The position numbers were made by a program, and so were the translations under genes. A stretch of 64,000 nucleotides of DNA, taken from the NCBI GenBank assembly GCA_042408215.1, contig JAYFMW010000020.1, forward strand, positions 192,001 through 256,000, written 5' to 3'. Source of the DNA: Microcoleus sp. (GTDB taxonomy: Bacteria; Cyanobacteriota; Cyanobacteriia; Cyanobacteriales; Microcoleaceae). Below the pieces are notes generated by a model. That model did no database searches. It was not told where the DNA came from and saw only the letters and a list, made by a program, of their open reading frames with translations. Of the stretch, positions 19,206 to 30,251 are shown piece by piece; the first letter of the stretch is position 1, and the number at the start of each line of letters is the position of its first letter.

Positions 19206-20450
19206 CTATTTAGCCAAGGATACAGCTTGCGCCACAGCCTGATCCAAAGTGGCTGCCAGGTGTACGGGCAACTGGCCCAAGCGCTCTTTTACAGAGTCTC
19301 GATCGCACCCAATCAGGCGCAGCACAACCTGAATCTGGCGGTTGGCGCGAGTTTTCCGTTCCAGATAGCCCGCCACCGCAGCGATCATTTCATCGCTCTT
19401 CGAGACACTGCCCAAGATATTCACCAGTAACACCTTGACGTTTTTCTCTCTCCCGACTAACTCCAGACCCAACTGTGCGCGATCGCGCAGGGCATCTGCT
19501 GCCTGATAGCGGTCTAGTGAACCCAGATTCACAAAATTAGCTGGTTTTCCTTTGGCGTGGGCCACAGCATCCAGAGTTGCCATCGTCAGACCCACTCCGT
19601 TGCACAAAATCCCGATATTCCCCTCTAGTTCTACCAAGTTCAGGGATTCGGAATTGGAGATTTGGGATTGAGAGTTGGGTTCAAACTGTGAGTCCGAGTG
19701 TAGCAGGTTCGGGTGGGAATTCTGGCGCGAGGCTGGGGCATAGGGACTTCTCCTTTCCCCTGGCAATCCGCTGCTTTGCCTGTTACCGGAGAGTACAGCC
19801 AAGTCTGGGTGCCGCCCCAAGGCATCGTCGTTGGCACTGACTTTGCCGTCTAAAGCCATTACCTCTCGCTTCGGACTGATGCCGAGAGGATTGATTTCTA
19901 CTAAATCTAAATCCTTTTCGACAAACAGCCGGTACATTTTTTCGACTATGGTACTCACCGACTGAATCAAGTCTCCCTGCAATCCCATTTTCAGCGTCAG
20001 ACGCCTCGCGTAGAAGGGGGAAAAGTCTTGGTCTACGACAACCTGCTGCAACTTGCTGCAACTTGCTGCATTCGCCCCTTCTACATTCATGCCTCCTTGT
20101 TTCGATCCCAAAAGTACGGGGCGTCGCGCCACGGGGTCTAGGAGTACCGCCAAGTACAATTCTTGGTCAGCGTTGTACTTAGCCTCTGCCAGTAAGACTT
20201 GGGGATACTCCGATTCGATCGGCAAATTAAAAATTGTTTGAGCAGCAGCCACTGCATCGATCGTGTTTTCCACAAACTTGATGCCGCCAGCCCTCCCCCG
20301 TCCGCCCGCCCGCACTTGCGACTTCAGTACAACTGGATAGGGTATTTTCAGCCCTTTGAGGTCTGCGGGATTGTCAATCCGCTGCGACGGCAAAACTGGG
20401 ATTGCCATCTGGCGAAATAAAGCTTTAGCTTGGTACTCTAACAAATCCAT
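19206..20450 (-). CDS. sucC: Succinyl-CoA synthetase beta subunit (ATP-grasp)
   Basis: MDLLEYQAK, KSQVRAGGRGRAGG, EINPLG, ALDGK, GNIGILCNGVGLTMATLD, PANF; low-complexity insertion of ~50 aa in mid-protein. Confidence 0.93.
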   Translation of the reverse strand: MDLLEYQAKALFRQMAIPVLPSQRIDNPADLKGLKIPYPVVLKSQVRAGGRGRAGGIKFVENTIDAVAAAQTIFNLPIESEYPQVLLAEAKYNADQELYLAVLLDPVARRPVLLGSKQGGMNVEGANAASCSKLQQVVVDQDFSPFYARRLTLKMGLQGDLIQSVSTIVEKMYRLFVEKDLDLVEINPLGISPKREVMALDGKVSANDDALGRHPDLAVLSGNRQSSGLPGERRSPYAPASRQNSHPNLLHSDSQFEPNSQSQISNSESLNLVELEGNIGILCNGVGLTMATLDAVAHAKGKPANFVNLGSLDRYQAADALRDRAQLGLELVGREKNVKVLLVNILGSVSKSDEMIAAVAGYLERKTRANRQIQVVLRLIGCDRDSVKERLGQLPVHLAATLDQAVAQAVSLAK

Positions 20451-20493
20451 TATCAGTAACGGGTAACGGGTATTTAGCAACAAGCAATTAGTA

Positions 20494-20591
20494 ATATCAA
20501 GTCCGATTAATTGCTTATAAATCCTGTAGGGGCCAAGGGCATCGGGTCTGGTCGAACAAAAGTATTATAACTATTCAACCGGACCTGATAT
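20494..20591. mobile_element. Short MITE-like element with imperfect TIRs
   Basis: ATATCAAGTCCG..TTATA ... TATAA..CGGACCTGATAT. Confidence 0.55.
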
Positions 20592-20728
20592 AAGTAGCCA
20601 TTAGTAATTGGTAATTTTTCAAGTTAAAGGTTAAAAATCCTGGATTTTAGCTTTGAATTTTCGACTTTTCTATTACCGATTACTGATTAGCGATTGGACG
20701 ATCGCCCGACTTCACTATTACCGATCAG

Positions 20729-22234
20729 CTAATCAGTGCCTCGATGGACGGTTTTGACCCATTTTAGCCGTTTGGGCCGCACGGAAATCCGAGCCGTCAC
20801 CGTCCCTACCAGCAGCCAGTGGAACATATACACAGTAGCCTGTATTGTTTCCAGCAAGGTGGCCAAAACTCTCTTAACTTCAAATTTGGTGGTTTCTTTG
20901 CGAGTGCGGCGCAAACCGACAAACATTCCCACCACAGACAAGGTGACAGTCATCACAGTTAGGGGACTGGCGATCGGCATCCGGCGCAGCACAATCGACA
21001 TCAAAAAGTCGGGCAGCGCTACTGTGGGCAAGAGATACTGAGTTACCCAAAATCCAAATAAATCCCAAGTTTTCCCAGTTCCCATCCGGTTGCGAAAAAT
21101 TAGTCGCCAGTAGTCAAGATAGCGCTGATAGCCACCTTCAGCCCAGCGATTGCGCTGGTGCCACAGAGCTTTAGCGTTAGTGACTCCTTCTTCTGACACG
21201 GCGGGAAAAGCTAAAAATTCAATGTCCCACTGGTCTAAGTGCAGCCTCACCGTCAAATCCAGGTCGTCGGTAATCGTCTCCTCGTTCCAGCCTCCGCAGC
21301 TTTCCAAGGCTGTGCGGCGCATAAATTGGCCATTACCGCGCAATTCTCCAATGCCGCCGATCGCCGTCCGCTGTTGCTGGAAAAAACTGTCGAGGGCCAT
21401 TTCTGCTGCTTGGCTGCGAGTCCAAAAATTCAGAGGGGCATTGGCGATCGCTTTTCTGACTTGCACTGCTCCCACCAGGGAGTTCTCGAACACCGGTAGC
21501 ACCCGTCGCAGCAAGTCCGCCGTCACTGTTGCGTCGGCATCAAATACCGCCACAAATTCCCCGCGAGTCAAGGGTAACACTTGATTGAGAGCACCCGACT
21601 TGCCGCCGCTGGCATTGGCCCCTCGGCGAAATACTTTGAGCTGCGGGTATTGTTTGGTTAGCTGTTCCAAGATCAACGGGGTGCTGTCAGTGCTATCATC
21701 GTCGATCGCCCAAAGTTCGTAACGGTCGATCGGATAATCCAAATTGCAGATGGATTTTACCAGTCTGGCAATTACCGCTTCCTCATTTTTCGCCGCCACC
21801 AGCAGCGACACGTAGGGCCAATCCTCTTGATTTTCATCCTCAAGAGGCGACGGTACGGGTTTGGGCGAAGCAAACACCACTCGACCTAGGTGCATCCACA
21901 GCAGTCCCGTCAACCCCCACATTACCCAGGCGCCCCAAGAAACCAAGTGCAGGGCGATCGTGCCGCCCCAGATCGCGCTCAGCACTACAGCCGCTTTGGC
22001 CCGGCGTCCCTGGTACAAATTTTGAGGAAAAGAGGCAGAACCGGGCACAGACACTGAAACTGGCAGCTCTGCTTTTGTTTCGATGTCAAACTCCCTGTCG
22101 CCAGGGGGTATCGCAAATACCTTGCCTTGATTCGACTTTGACATAAAACCCTTGTCCTCTTCTTGAGCTAAGTCAGGGATTTCCAAGTTAAGCTCGCTGC
22201 GAGCGTTGTTTTCTGGCCAAGAACTCTCCTGCAT
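20729..22234 (-). CDS. mgdA: GT2 monoglucosyl-diacylglycerol synthase
   Basis: AAKNEE, DDDSTD, GKSGALN, FDAD, GELRGNG, TDDLD, QRNRWAEGGYQRYLDY, W.KTVH; divergent from ebsA. Confidence 0.85.
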   Translation of the reverse strand: MQESSWPENNARSELNLEIPDLAQEEDKGFMSKSNQGKVFAIPPGDREFDIETKAELPVSVSVPGSASFPQNLYQGRRAKAAVVLSAIWGGTIALHLVSWGAWVMWGLTGLLWMHLGRVVFASPKPVPSPLEDENQEDWPYVSLLVAAKNEEAVIARLVKSICNLDYPIDRYELWAIDDDSTDSTPLILEQLTKQYPQLKVFRRGANASGGKSGALNQVLPLTRGEFVAVFDADATVTADLLRRVLPVFENSLVGAVQVRKAIANAPLNFWTRSQAAEMALDSFFQQQRTAIGGIGELRGNGQFMRRTALESCGGWNEETITDDLDLTVRLHLDQWDIEFLAFPAVSEEGVTNAKALWHQRNRWAEGGYQRYLDYWRLIFRNRMGTGKTWDLFGFWVTQYLLPTVALPDFLMSIVLRRMPIASPLTVMTVTLSVVGMFVGLRRTRKETTKFEVKRVLATLLETIQATVYMFHWLLVGTVTARISVRPKRLKWVKTVHRGTD

Positions 22235-22478
22235 AGGTTACTTGATTCAACCACCAATAGTTTTTGATTTTAGAGATCAGTATTAACTTTATCAGTTTCT
22301 GGGCTTTTGTCTAAAGCCGACGGGAGCATCACCAGGGAGGGCCATCTGTGGTTACTGCCGGGGTAATCTGGCATCCGAGCGCGAGTATTGGGAATTACTT
22401 GTGCTTGCGCGATAGTTTTAAGATCTGCTAATTTTTTGAGGGGATCTCCAGAAAGTCTACACATTTGAGGTGGAAATA

Positions 22479-22853
22479 ATGTCTATTCCTCAACTCAAGC
22501 CAGCCGATGACAAAGAAGTAAAGGTCTATGCGCCTTTCTGTCAAGAGCCTCGGCGCAGGTTTTTGCCACACGCGATTGCGCTCTACAAGCTCAAAAGTTT
22601 GGAGGGGGCCAGAAAAATTGACGGTGGCGACGATGTGCCGTTTGTCGCTAGTTGGAATATCTCTTCGCTGCCGATCGATTTGACTCGCTGTCGGGTGTTA
22701 TTTGACGGCAATCCTGAACTCAGCTATGAAGTGACCATGCAAAGCTCTGAGTTTGTGAGTTACTTAATTGAGGTACTCCTGACTTTTCAGCGCACTCGTA
22801 CCGTCGATTTTTCTAAATCATTTTACCGGAAGCTGATGCGCATGGATGAGTGA
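22479..22853 (+). CDS. ebsA: Type IV pilus biogenesis/secretion protein EbsA
   Basis: QLKPA..VYAPF..LEGARKIDGG..PFVASW..DLTRC..SYEV..DFSKSFYRKL. Confidence 0.85.
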   Translation: MSIPQLKPADDKEVKVYAPFCQEPRRRFLPHAIALYKLKSLEGARKIDGGDDVPFVASWNISSLPIDLTRCRVLFDGNPELSYEVTMQSSEFVSYLIEVLLTFQRTRTVDFSKSFYRKLMRMDE

Positions 22854-23373
22854 TTTTGGGGCGGTTGATCTCCCCAGAGTCGGCAATTGACTGCCCTGTC
22901 TGTTGCCAATTACCAGGAAACAGACACGCCAAGTCTTGACTGAGCATTAGCCAAACCCAGAGCGGCGAACTTGCATGATTTCCACTGACATCTGAATTGC
23001 CAACTCTGGGGAACTCTGAGCCGTTGTGCTGCGATCGCCCACAGCACACCGTCAGATTTTGTTTAACTGTTGCACAGCATTAGCCTCGCGCCCAACTACT
23101 GCGTTTGAACGATCGCGCGTCGCACTAATAACTAATTAATAATCATCCAGATTTCGGTGTCACCGGAATTATATAATAGTTCAAAAAAACCGCTTTGAAA
23201 AAAACCTTTGAAACAAACATCTGAAAAAAATGCAGTCAATAAAATTGCGAACCAGAGGGTTGCTAACAGGTGAACAAATGTGGCAAGTAAAAGTTGGATG
23301 TACGTGAGGGTACAAAAGAGAGTATAATCATATTGCGAAATTGAGTCGCTGTGCGTTCATACTGTTGAATTAA

Positions 23374-24766
23374 GTGACATCTCCTACACCAACCTGAATA
23401 CAGGTACTTGTGCTGAGCGTAGCCGAAGTATGGTGTAGGCTTCCAAGACAATCCGGCTATCGCTTAGGAGACTCTTGGCTTTAAGAACGGAATGCCCTAC
23501 CGCTCTATTTTTGATATTAATAGCTGCATTATGGTCACGATCGAGACTACACCCACAATGAGGGCAGTCAGGCCAACGAATATGCAGTTTTTTAGGTACT
23601 TTCTCATCGCAATTGGAACAATCTTGTGAGGTGTTATGGGCCCTTACTGGTATCACTAACTTTCCCAGCATTTACGGCTTTGTTTGCTAATATTGACAGA
23701 AAGTTTGACCACCCAGCATCCAGCACAGATTTAGCCAATCTTGTACGAGCCAGACCTTTGATGTTTAAATCTTCATGAGCAACTACATCGTATTTTGATA
23801 GCAAATAATTAGCTGTATTGAAATGGAAATCTTTACGTTGAGCGTCAACTTTCTGATGTTGACACCCTAGTTGTTTAACTGCTTTATGTCTGCGGTTACT
23901 CCCTTTTTTACGCCGTGATACCCGTTTTTGGATTACCTTCAAACGTTTTTGCGCTTGACGATAATGTTGAGGAATAGCTACAGTTTCTCCCTCAGCAGTT
24001 GTTAAGAATTCATTCAATCCCAGGTCAATCCCAGTAATTGCATCTGGATGAAAATCCGGCTTAATTTCGGGAACAGTCTGGTCTTCTAGTGAAACGGTAA
24101 TGTAATATCCATCAGCTTTTTTAGTAACAGAAGCTGTTTTAATCTTGAATCCATCCGGTATTTGACGATGTAGAATTACTTTAACTTTTCCCAACATCGG
24201 CAAGTTAACCAAGTTGCCCTGTAAACAAGCATCTTTCATTTGGGGATAGGTAAAGGTGCGATAACGACTACGAGGTTTAAATCGTGGTCTACCGCTGCGT
24301 TTACCATTGCTATCACCTTTGAGAAATCGGTCAAATGTTACCTTAACTCGCTTGACTACATCTTGGAGAACTTGAGAGTAAATCTCGCTATACCAAGGAC
24401 GAGTTTTTTTCAGTTGAGGTCAGGTCTTTTTCTGAGAAAAATAGTCGGGATGAACCCGTAATTCAGGCAAGTGACAAATAAGAGGACAAGCATTGATAGC
24501 ACAGCGATTTTGTTCATACCAGTTAAATCTATCCGCCAACAAATAGTTATACTGGGCGCACAGCATGGATAACCATCTGTCAAGCTCAGTAACTTGCTGC
24601 TTTGTGGGACGTAGTTTATACTGGTAGGCTGTTCTCACTTACTTGCTGTTTGGTCTTACTATTTGAGTATACAAAGATTTGGTCAACTTCGTACCTAGGT
24701 TGGCCGGTCTATCCATCCCAACACCAAGCGGATTACCGCTGGCTGTGGGGATTCCGACGCAGAAAG
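23374..24766 (-). mobile_element. IS605/IS1341-type element; left boundary approximate
   Basis: Right end GAAGCCTACACC..GGTGTAGGAGATGTCAC; left-end hairpin ATCCC..CCAGCGG..CCGCTTGG..GGGAT; contains a decayed tnpB. Confidence 0.8.
23384..24638 (-). pseudogene. tnpB: TnpB pseudogene
   Basis: [43 protein letters not shown]; in-frame TGA at 24420-24422 plus a frameshift near 23665. Confidence 0.9.
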
Positions 24767-24819
24767 CTAAATTTATTAAAATAGACAGGTGCAAATTGAG
24801 GAGTGAAAGCGTACCGAAA

Positions 24820-25884
24820 TTGACTAAATATTTACTGATCGGTTCCACAAAAGCTTACAGCGGCAAGTCCGCGATCGCCCTGGGGATGGCACTCGGACTC
24901 CGATCAAAAGGAGTGGCCATCGCCTACGGCAAACCTCTGGGAACTTGTTTTAGCTCCGATGTAGCAGGTGGCGAGGAGGAGGACGTGCGGTTCGCGGTAG
25001 AGACGCTGAAGCTCAAAGATAGCCAGATACCGTCAACCCTGTTGTCTTTGGACGCAGAGACGGTTCACAAGCGGCTGCTAGGAGAAGACAAGACAGATTA
25101 CCGCAGGGATCTAGCGGCATATTTGGAAGAGCCCTGCGGAGACTTAGTGTTGTTAGAAGGCCCCGCTAATTTGGAGGAAGGCAGTCTGTTTGACTTGTCT
25201 TTACCTCAAGTAGCCGAGGCAGTTGATGCTTCTGTGCTGCTGGTGACTCGCCCGATGGACCTTTATATAGACGATTTGCTGTCGGCTAAGCAGCGTTTGG
25301 GTTCCCGTTTGCTGGGTGTCGTCCTCAACGACGTTCCCTCGGACAAACTCGAATCTATAACCACCACTGTGCGACCTTTTCTGGAAGCAAAAGGGATTCC
25401 AGTCCTGGGAATGCTGCCCAGAAGCGCTTTGCTACGCAGTGTCAGCGTCAAAGAACTGGTGTACCAATTGAAAGCTGAGGTGCTCTGTCGCCCTGACCGT
25501 TTGGGATTGTTTGTGGAAACCTTGACAATTGGCGCGATGAATGTTAGTTCGGCTCTGAAGTATTTCCGCAAAGCCAGAAATATGGCAGTGGTGACAGGGG
25601 GCGATCGCACGGACATTCAGCTAGCGGCTCTGGAAAGCTCGACTCAGTGCTTAATTCTGACGGGACACTTGCCTCCGTCTCCCCTGGTGATCGGCAGGGC
25701 AGAAGAAGTGGAAATTCCAGTTTTGTCGGTTGATTTGGATACCTTAACCACGGTGGAAATTATCGACAGCACCTTTGGCAGCGTGCGCCTGCACGAGACG
25801 ATTAAGGTGGAATGCGTGACTCAGCTAATGGCAGAGCATTTTGACATGGATGGAATGCTCGCCTCCTTGGGTATGGGCGATTGA
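24820..25884 (+). CDS. Phosphotransacetylase-family (BioD-like N-terminus plus DRTGG) protein
   Basis: LLIGSTKAYSGKS, LEGP, IGAMN, VVTGGDRTDIQLAALE. Start uncertain; the ORF-track extension lies inside the IS end. Confidence 0.88.
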   Translation: MTKYLLIGSTKAYSGKSAIALGMALGLRSKGVAIAYGKPLGTCFSSDVAGGEEEDVRFAVETLKLKDSQIPSTLLSLDAETVHKRLLGEDKTDYRRDLAAYLEEPCGDLVLLEGPANLEEGSLFDLSLPQVAEAVDASVLLVTRPMDLYIDDLLSAKQRLGSRLLGVVLNDVPSDKLESITTTVRPFLEAKGIPVLGMLPRSALLRSVSVKELVYQLKAEVLCRPDRLGLFVETLTIGAMNVSSALKYFRKARNMAVVTGGDRTDIQLAALESSTQCLILTGHLPPSPLVIGRAEEVEIPVLSVDLDTLTTVEIIDSTFGSVRLHETIKVECVTQLMAEHFDMDGMLASLGMGD

Positions 25885-26127
25885 GTCCGTAAGGAAGGAA
25901 GTTCGGCAACGGATTCGCTCCACGGATGTAACGGATGTCAGGAAGACTGAAGTTGGAAGAAGGAAGAATCAAAAATTCTGCCTTCTTCCGACCTGCTTCT
26001 GACTTGAGGCTCTCCCCATCCGTAAGGCCGATCGAGTAAATCTGCAATTCTTAACTTCTTTTTGGCGACAATAGCTACTCAGTCTGCTAAAATCCACAAC
26101 GTAGTTTTATTTAATTTAATAAATTCT

Positions 26128-26631
26128 TTGAGTCAATCAATTGAGCTACCCAGAGTTGATGATTTTTTACAAGAACTTGCGGCAATCCAGCAAACCAGCT
26201 CCAAGCGGATTGCTCTATTGGGTTCTCGCCATGTTCCCATTACCCACCAGCAGCTAATTGAGATGCTGAGCTACGCCCTAGTTCTGTCCGGCAATCAGCT
26301 CATAACTTCTGGCGCTACAGGCACCAATTCAGCCGCAATTCGGGGGGCGATGCGAGCAGATCCTAATCTGCTGACAGTGATTTTGCCACAAAGCATGAGC
26401 CGCCAGCCGCGAGATTCTCGCGAGCAGCTCGAACAAGTGATACATTTGGTAGAAAATCCCAAAAATGACAGTTTGTCTCTCCCGGAAGCAAGCGCCCTGT
26501 GCAATCAGGAGATTATTTCTCGGTGTCAGCAACTGCTCTGTTTTGCTTTTCACGAAAGTCACACTTTGCTGAAAACTTGTCAGGATGCCGAGGAACAGCG
26601 CAAGGTGGTTACTCTGTTCTATTTTGATTGA
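26128..26631 (+). CDS. DprA/SMF-like (SLOG fold) conserved cyanobacterial protein
   Basis: KRIALLGSRH, ITSGATGTN, LTVILPQS, FAFHES..TL, VTLFYFD. Confidence 0.8.
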   Translation: MSQSIELPRVDDFLQELAAIQQTSSKRIALLGSRHVPITHQQLIEMLSYALVLSGNQLITSGATGTNSAAIRGAMRADPNLLTVILPQSMSRQPRDSREQLEQVIHLVENPKNDSLSLPEASALCNQEIISRCQQLLCFAFHESHTLLKTCQDAEEQRKVVTLFYFD

Positions 26632-26646
26632 AATGCGAAGGGGATT

Positions 26647-27063
26647 ATGGTCTTGGGATTGCCTGTGTCGGCTATTCTGCTTGATTGTATTGCTGCTGCT
26701 GCCGCGCTGGTTTACGCACCGTTTTTGGTGGTTGCCTACGCCCGCTTGCAGCTAGGTTACGATCGAGCAGCGCCCCGCGCTATGTTTGATAAATTGCCTG
26801 CTTACGCTCAACGGGCTACTTGGGCTCACCAGAATTCGTTTGAGACGTTTATGCTGTTTTCAGCGGCGGCTTTGATGGCTTTTGTGACGGGGGTAGATGC
26901 GGATGTGGCTGGTTGGGCTGCGATCGCTTTTACGATCGCCCGGTTGTTGTTTTCGGTTTTCTATATCCTGAATGTACCACTGGGGCGATCGCTGATGTTT
27001 GCGATTAGTTCTTCTTGCACTGTTAGTTTATTTTATTTCAGTTTGATGACTGTTAATAGCTAA
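26647..27063 (+). CDS. MAPEG family membrane protein
   Basis: PRAMFDKLP..RATWAHQNSFE..ARL. Confidence 0.9.
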   Translation: MVLGLPVSAILLDCIAAAAALVYAPFLVVAYARLQLGYDRAAPRAMFDKLPAYAQRATWAHQNSFETFMLFSAAALMAFVTGVDADVAGWAAIAFTIARLLFSVFYILNVPLGRSLMFAISSSCTVSLFYFSLMTVNS

Positions 27064-27226
27064 TAGTCATTAGTTATTAGTCATTAGTCATTAGTCATTA
27101 GTTCTTGGTTATTTGTTGCTTGTTATTTGTTAATTATAACGATCGATGACTAATGACCAATGACTAATGACTAATGACCAATGACCAATGCCCAATTACC
27201 CATTACCCATTACCCATTATCATTTT

Positions 27227-27718
27227 ATGGCCGCCAGTTATTCATTTGATATAGTCAGCGATTTCGATCGGCAAGAATTAGTTAATGCTGTTGACCAAAC
27301 AACGCGGGAAATTCAAAGCCGTTACGACTTGAAAGATACCAAAACCACTGTGGAATTAGGCGCTGAAGCAATTACTGTCAATACCGACAGTGAATTTACT
27401 CTCGACGCGATTCATACTGTTTTGCAAACTAAAGCCGCCAAGCGCAATTTGTCTCTGAAAATTTTTGATTATGGCAAAATAGAAGCTGCTAGCGGCACTA
27501 GAGTGCGCCAAGAAATCAAACTAAAAAAAGGAATTGACCAGGAAATCGCCAAAAAAATCACTAAATTAATTCGAGATGAGTTTAAGAAGATTCAAGGCTC
27601 GATTCAAGGTGATGCAGTGCGGGTTTCTGCCAAGGATAAGGATGATTTGCAGTTGGTAATTCAACGGTTAAAACAAGAAGATTATCCGGTGGCTTTGCAA
27701 TTTACCAATTACAGGTAA
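27227..27718 (+). CDS. yajQ: YajQ family nucleotide/c-di-GMP-binding protein
   Basis: [35 protein letters not shown]. Confidence 0.93.
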   Translation: MAASYSFDIVSDFDRQELVNAVDQTTREIQSRYDLKDTKTTVELGAEAITVNTDSEFTLDAIHTVLQTKAAKRNLSLKIFDYGKIEAASGTRVRQEIKLKKGIDQEIAKKITKLIRDEFKKIQGSIQGDAVRVSAKDKDDLQLVIQRLKQEDYPVALQFTNYR

Positions 27719-27765
27719 AATCAGGTAAAATTTTGAAAGCTAAGTCTTGGATTCCCGGTGGTGCG

Positions 27766-29385
27766 TTAGATATCTAAACCGATGACTGTTAAATCGGGAG
27801 GATGTTCGACAACAAACTGATAATACAATTCTTGCTTCGCCTGTGGCGGCAGAGAGATTTCCCATTCCAGTAGTCCCATTTCACCTACAACTATCTTAGG
27901 ATTAGTCAGAGTCGATCGCACTTTAATTTGCTCATTCCGGCTGACCGGCAATTGCTCTCTCAGTGTCAGGTGTACCTGCACCTGCTGCAAGTTTGTCACA
28001 TTTAAGCGATAAGCGTAACTCGTGCGCCGCTGATGGCCGATCATTTTTTTATCTACTTGTCTTTCCACTAAATCGCGCTCTATTTTTAACCCTTCATCTA
28101 TTCCTAAATTCAGTTTATATTCTTGGCCGGGGGAAACATTTTCTAACTGCACAGTGCCGACAAAAGTGTTGTCGCGAAAGATATTTGCTTTACCAGGAAG
28201 CAGAGTAGCACCTGTCAGCGGATTGACAACAACTGCTTGCAAATAGGCAAAACTGACTAAACGTGGAACGGCGATATATTTAGGTTTAGAGGGATAATTA
28301 TCGCTGAAAATCGTAACTTTATGCCTCGTGCTGTCGCTGGGAATATTGGTATTTCCGCCTATTTGAAATGAGACTGTGCCGCCTTCTCTGGATACTTGAG
28401 CTGTTGCTATTTCAGCTTCTATGCGCCGTCCTCCACCGCGGAATGAATTGCCTGCATAACCTTCTTCTAGGAGTTCTTCTAGGTCGAAGAAATCATCCTC
28501 TGATGAACCCCGGCCAGCGGGTTCCTTTAACTCGAATATCTCGATATACCAAGGCTTTAGTTGTGGTGGGAGACTTCCCAATCCGGGTTTAGCTGTAGAT
28601 AATGTCAGCGCTACTCCTGTCCAATCTTCGCCTGTATTTTGTTTGACATCGGCTAAGTAATGGAGATTAATTTGGTTGTTGGTGGTATTGACTCGCAAGT
28701 CGTAAAGGGGAGTCCAAGATGCTCGCTTTACTACATAGGAAAGTTCGAGATCAAAGTTGCCGGTGCCGCTTGGTTCGATGGCAACAATGATGTTAAAACT
28801 TTGCTGACAATGGGAAGTCCTTACTTGGTGTAACTTATGCTTTAAAATTTGTATTTGAGTGTCTAATTCGTGCTGTTGTCTTTCATGTTGCGCGATCGCA
28901 CTTACATATTTTAGGTAATTGGTTCCTAAAAAGTTGAGCATTTCGCCAGTTTCGTTTAAACCTACCTGCTGTTTGGCGATGCTGCGGGAAAAGAAACGGA
29001 CGCTTTTTTCGCTTAAATCTTCGACAAATTTGAGTTGAATTCTTCGGGCATCTAACTTGTCTTTTATTGCCCGTTTTTGGGTTTCTAATTCTTGGATCTG
29101 TTGGGTTAATTCGGCGGTGCGATCGGCTACAGGTTCTCTGCTAAACACTGTTTTGCTACGCACTCCCAGCAATCGCACTGCAACTGTACCCGCACCCGTA
29201 GCCCTGACTGACTCTGGTTCCAGGGTTGCGGGGAGAGATGCGATCGCCAATTCTCGCTCGTTTCCCGTCAAAGCCACCGTGCCGCGGCGCGTCACCAAAG
29301 CGCGATCGGTATAAACCGTAACTTCGCAGATGCGAGTATCCACTGTTTTAAGTGTATCTAAATTAGGCGTTTCTGAATCGGTCAT
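27766..29385 (-). CDS. MuiA-family (DUF4140/DUF4139) protein
   Basis: VTVYTDRALVTR, SYVV..ASWTPLYDLR, QNTGEDW..LTLSTA.P, EQLPVS, GLLEW. Confidence 0.88.
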   Translation of the reverse strand: MTDSETPNLDTLKTVDTRICEVTVYTDRALVTRRGTVALTGNERELAIASLPATLEPESVRATGAGTVAVRLLGVRSKTVFSREPVADRTAELTQQIQELETQKRAIKDKLDARRIQLKFVEDLSEKSVRFFSRSIAKQQVGLNETGEMLNFLGTNYLKYVSAIAQHERQQHELDTQIQILKHKLHQVRTSHCQQSFNIIVAIEPSGTGNFDLELSYVVKRASWTPLYDLRVNTTNNQINLHYLADVKQNTGEDWTGVALTLSTAKPGLGSLPPQLKPWYIEIFELKEPAGRGSSEDDFFDLEELLEEGYAGNSFRGGGRRIEAEIATAQVSREGGTVSFQIGGNTNIPSDSTRHKVTIFSDNYPSKPKYIAVPRLVSFAYLQAVVVNPLTGATLLPGKANIFRDNTFVGTVQLENVSPGQEYKLNLGIDEGLKIERDLVERQVDKKMIGHQRRTSYAYRLNVTNLQQVQVHLTLREQLPVSRNEQIKVRSTLTNPKIVVGEMGLLEWEISLPPQAKQELYYQFVVEHPPDLTVIGLDI

Positions 29386-29448
29386 TGTCAGTTGCTCCTA
29401 TTTAATCACCGTTTAGTCGATCGAGCATTTTAAAAAGTTGTTAAACAT

Positions 29449-30048
29449 TTAATTTTCCTGATTATTCATCCCCTTACAAAACTCTTCCAGCGCATCCAAA
29501 GGCGAAGCAAACAAAATGCAGCGTTTCAGCAAAGACAAGTCCAACTCCGGCAGTATTTCGCTGCTAATAATGCGCTCATAACCCTGTTCTCGCAAGTGAT
29601 ATAATTCAAGTGTGCCGTCTTCCCAAAACCAGACTTCCGGGACACACATCAGTCGGTATTTCTGAAGTTTAATCGGACTACCGCTAGTAATAACTACCTC
29701 AATACACAAATCTGGAACATCTTTAATAGTTCCGAAACAATAAGACAAATCTGCTTGATACTCGACTTGATCTTCCACAATCTGACTGTAAGTACCGCTG
29801 GGAAAAAATACAATTTTTCTTTGCAGAAAATACTGTCCCATTAGCAAGCCCATCAAACACCTGATCGATTCATGCAACCTTCCAGTACCCACAATTTCTA
29901 AAACTCCATCACAATAAAACAAGCGTACATTGGGAACGTCTTCAAAGCTAGCTTGAATTGCCTTGAATTGATGCCATGTCAAACCGCGCCAAGTGAAACG
30001 CTGTTCGACTGCGGGAGAAGTTGTTGGATTGTCTACAGTTTGAACCAT
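29449..30048 (-). CDS. Uma2 family (DUF820) endonuclease-fold protein
   Basis: RLFYCDGVLEI, QADLSY, PDLCIEVVITS, VPEVWFW. Confidence 0.9.
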   Translation of the reverse strand: MVQTVDNPTTSPAVEQRFTWRGLTWHQFKAIQASFEDVPNVRLFYCDGVLEIVGTGRLHESIRCLMGLLMGQYFLQRKIVFFPSGTYSQIVEDQVEYQADLSYCFGTIKDVPDLCIEVVITSGSPIKLQKYRLMCVPEVWFWEDGTLELYHLREQGYERIISSEILPELDLSLLKRCILFASPLDALEEFCKGMNNQEN

Positions 30049-30251
30049 GACTGTTTTATTGATTTTCAAAATGGTAGCTTAGGGCGGGGTCGGAGGGCGG
30101 GTTTATGCGATCGTTAATTGTAGACATGGGTGGTCAGAAACCGGGTTTTTTGCGAGAAGAGGCATCACAGCCCGCAGATTCGGTAAAAACCCGGTTTCTT
30201 TGGTTTTGATGGGTAGTTCTCGTTGGTAAAACCCACCCCTACAGTTTAATG

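Noticed and set aside
22854..23373. Possible ncRNA or riboswitch in the long intergenic region (also 57150-57480 and 60790-61100)
   Set aside because: No recognisable conserved motif or convincing structure by eye; an Rfam/Infernal scan would be needed.
24679..24819. N-terminal extension of the DRTGG protein in the ORF track
   Set aside because: Most of it lies in the IS605 left end; homology begins near 24811-24820, after a GAGGAG RBS.
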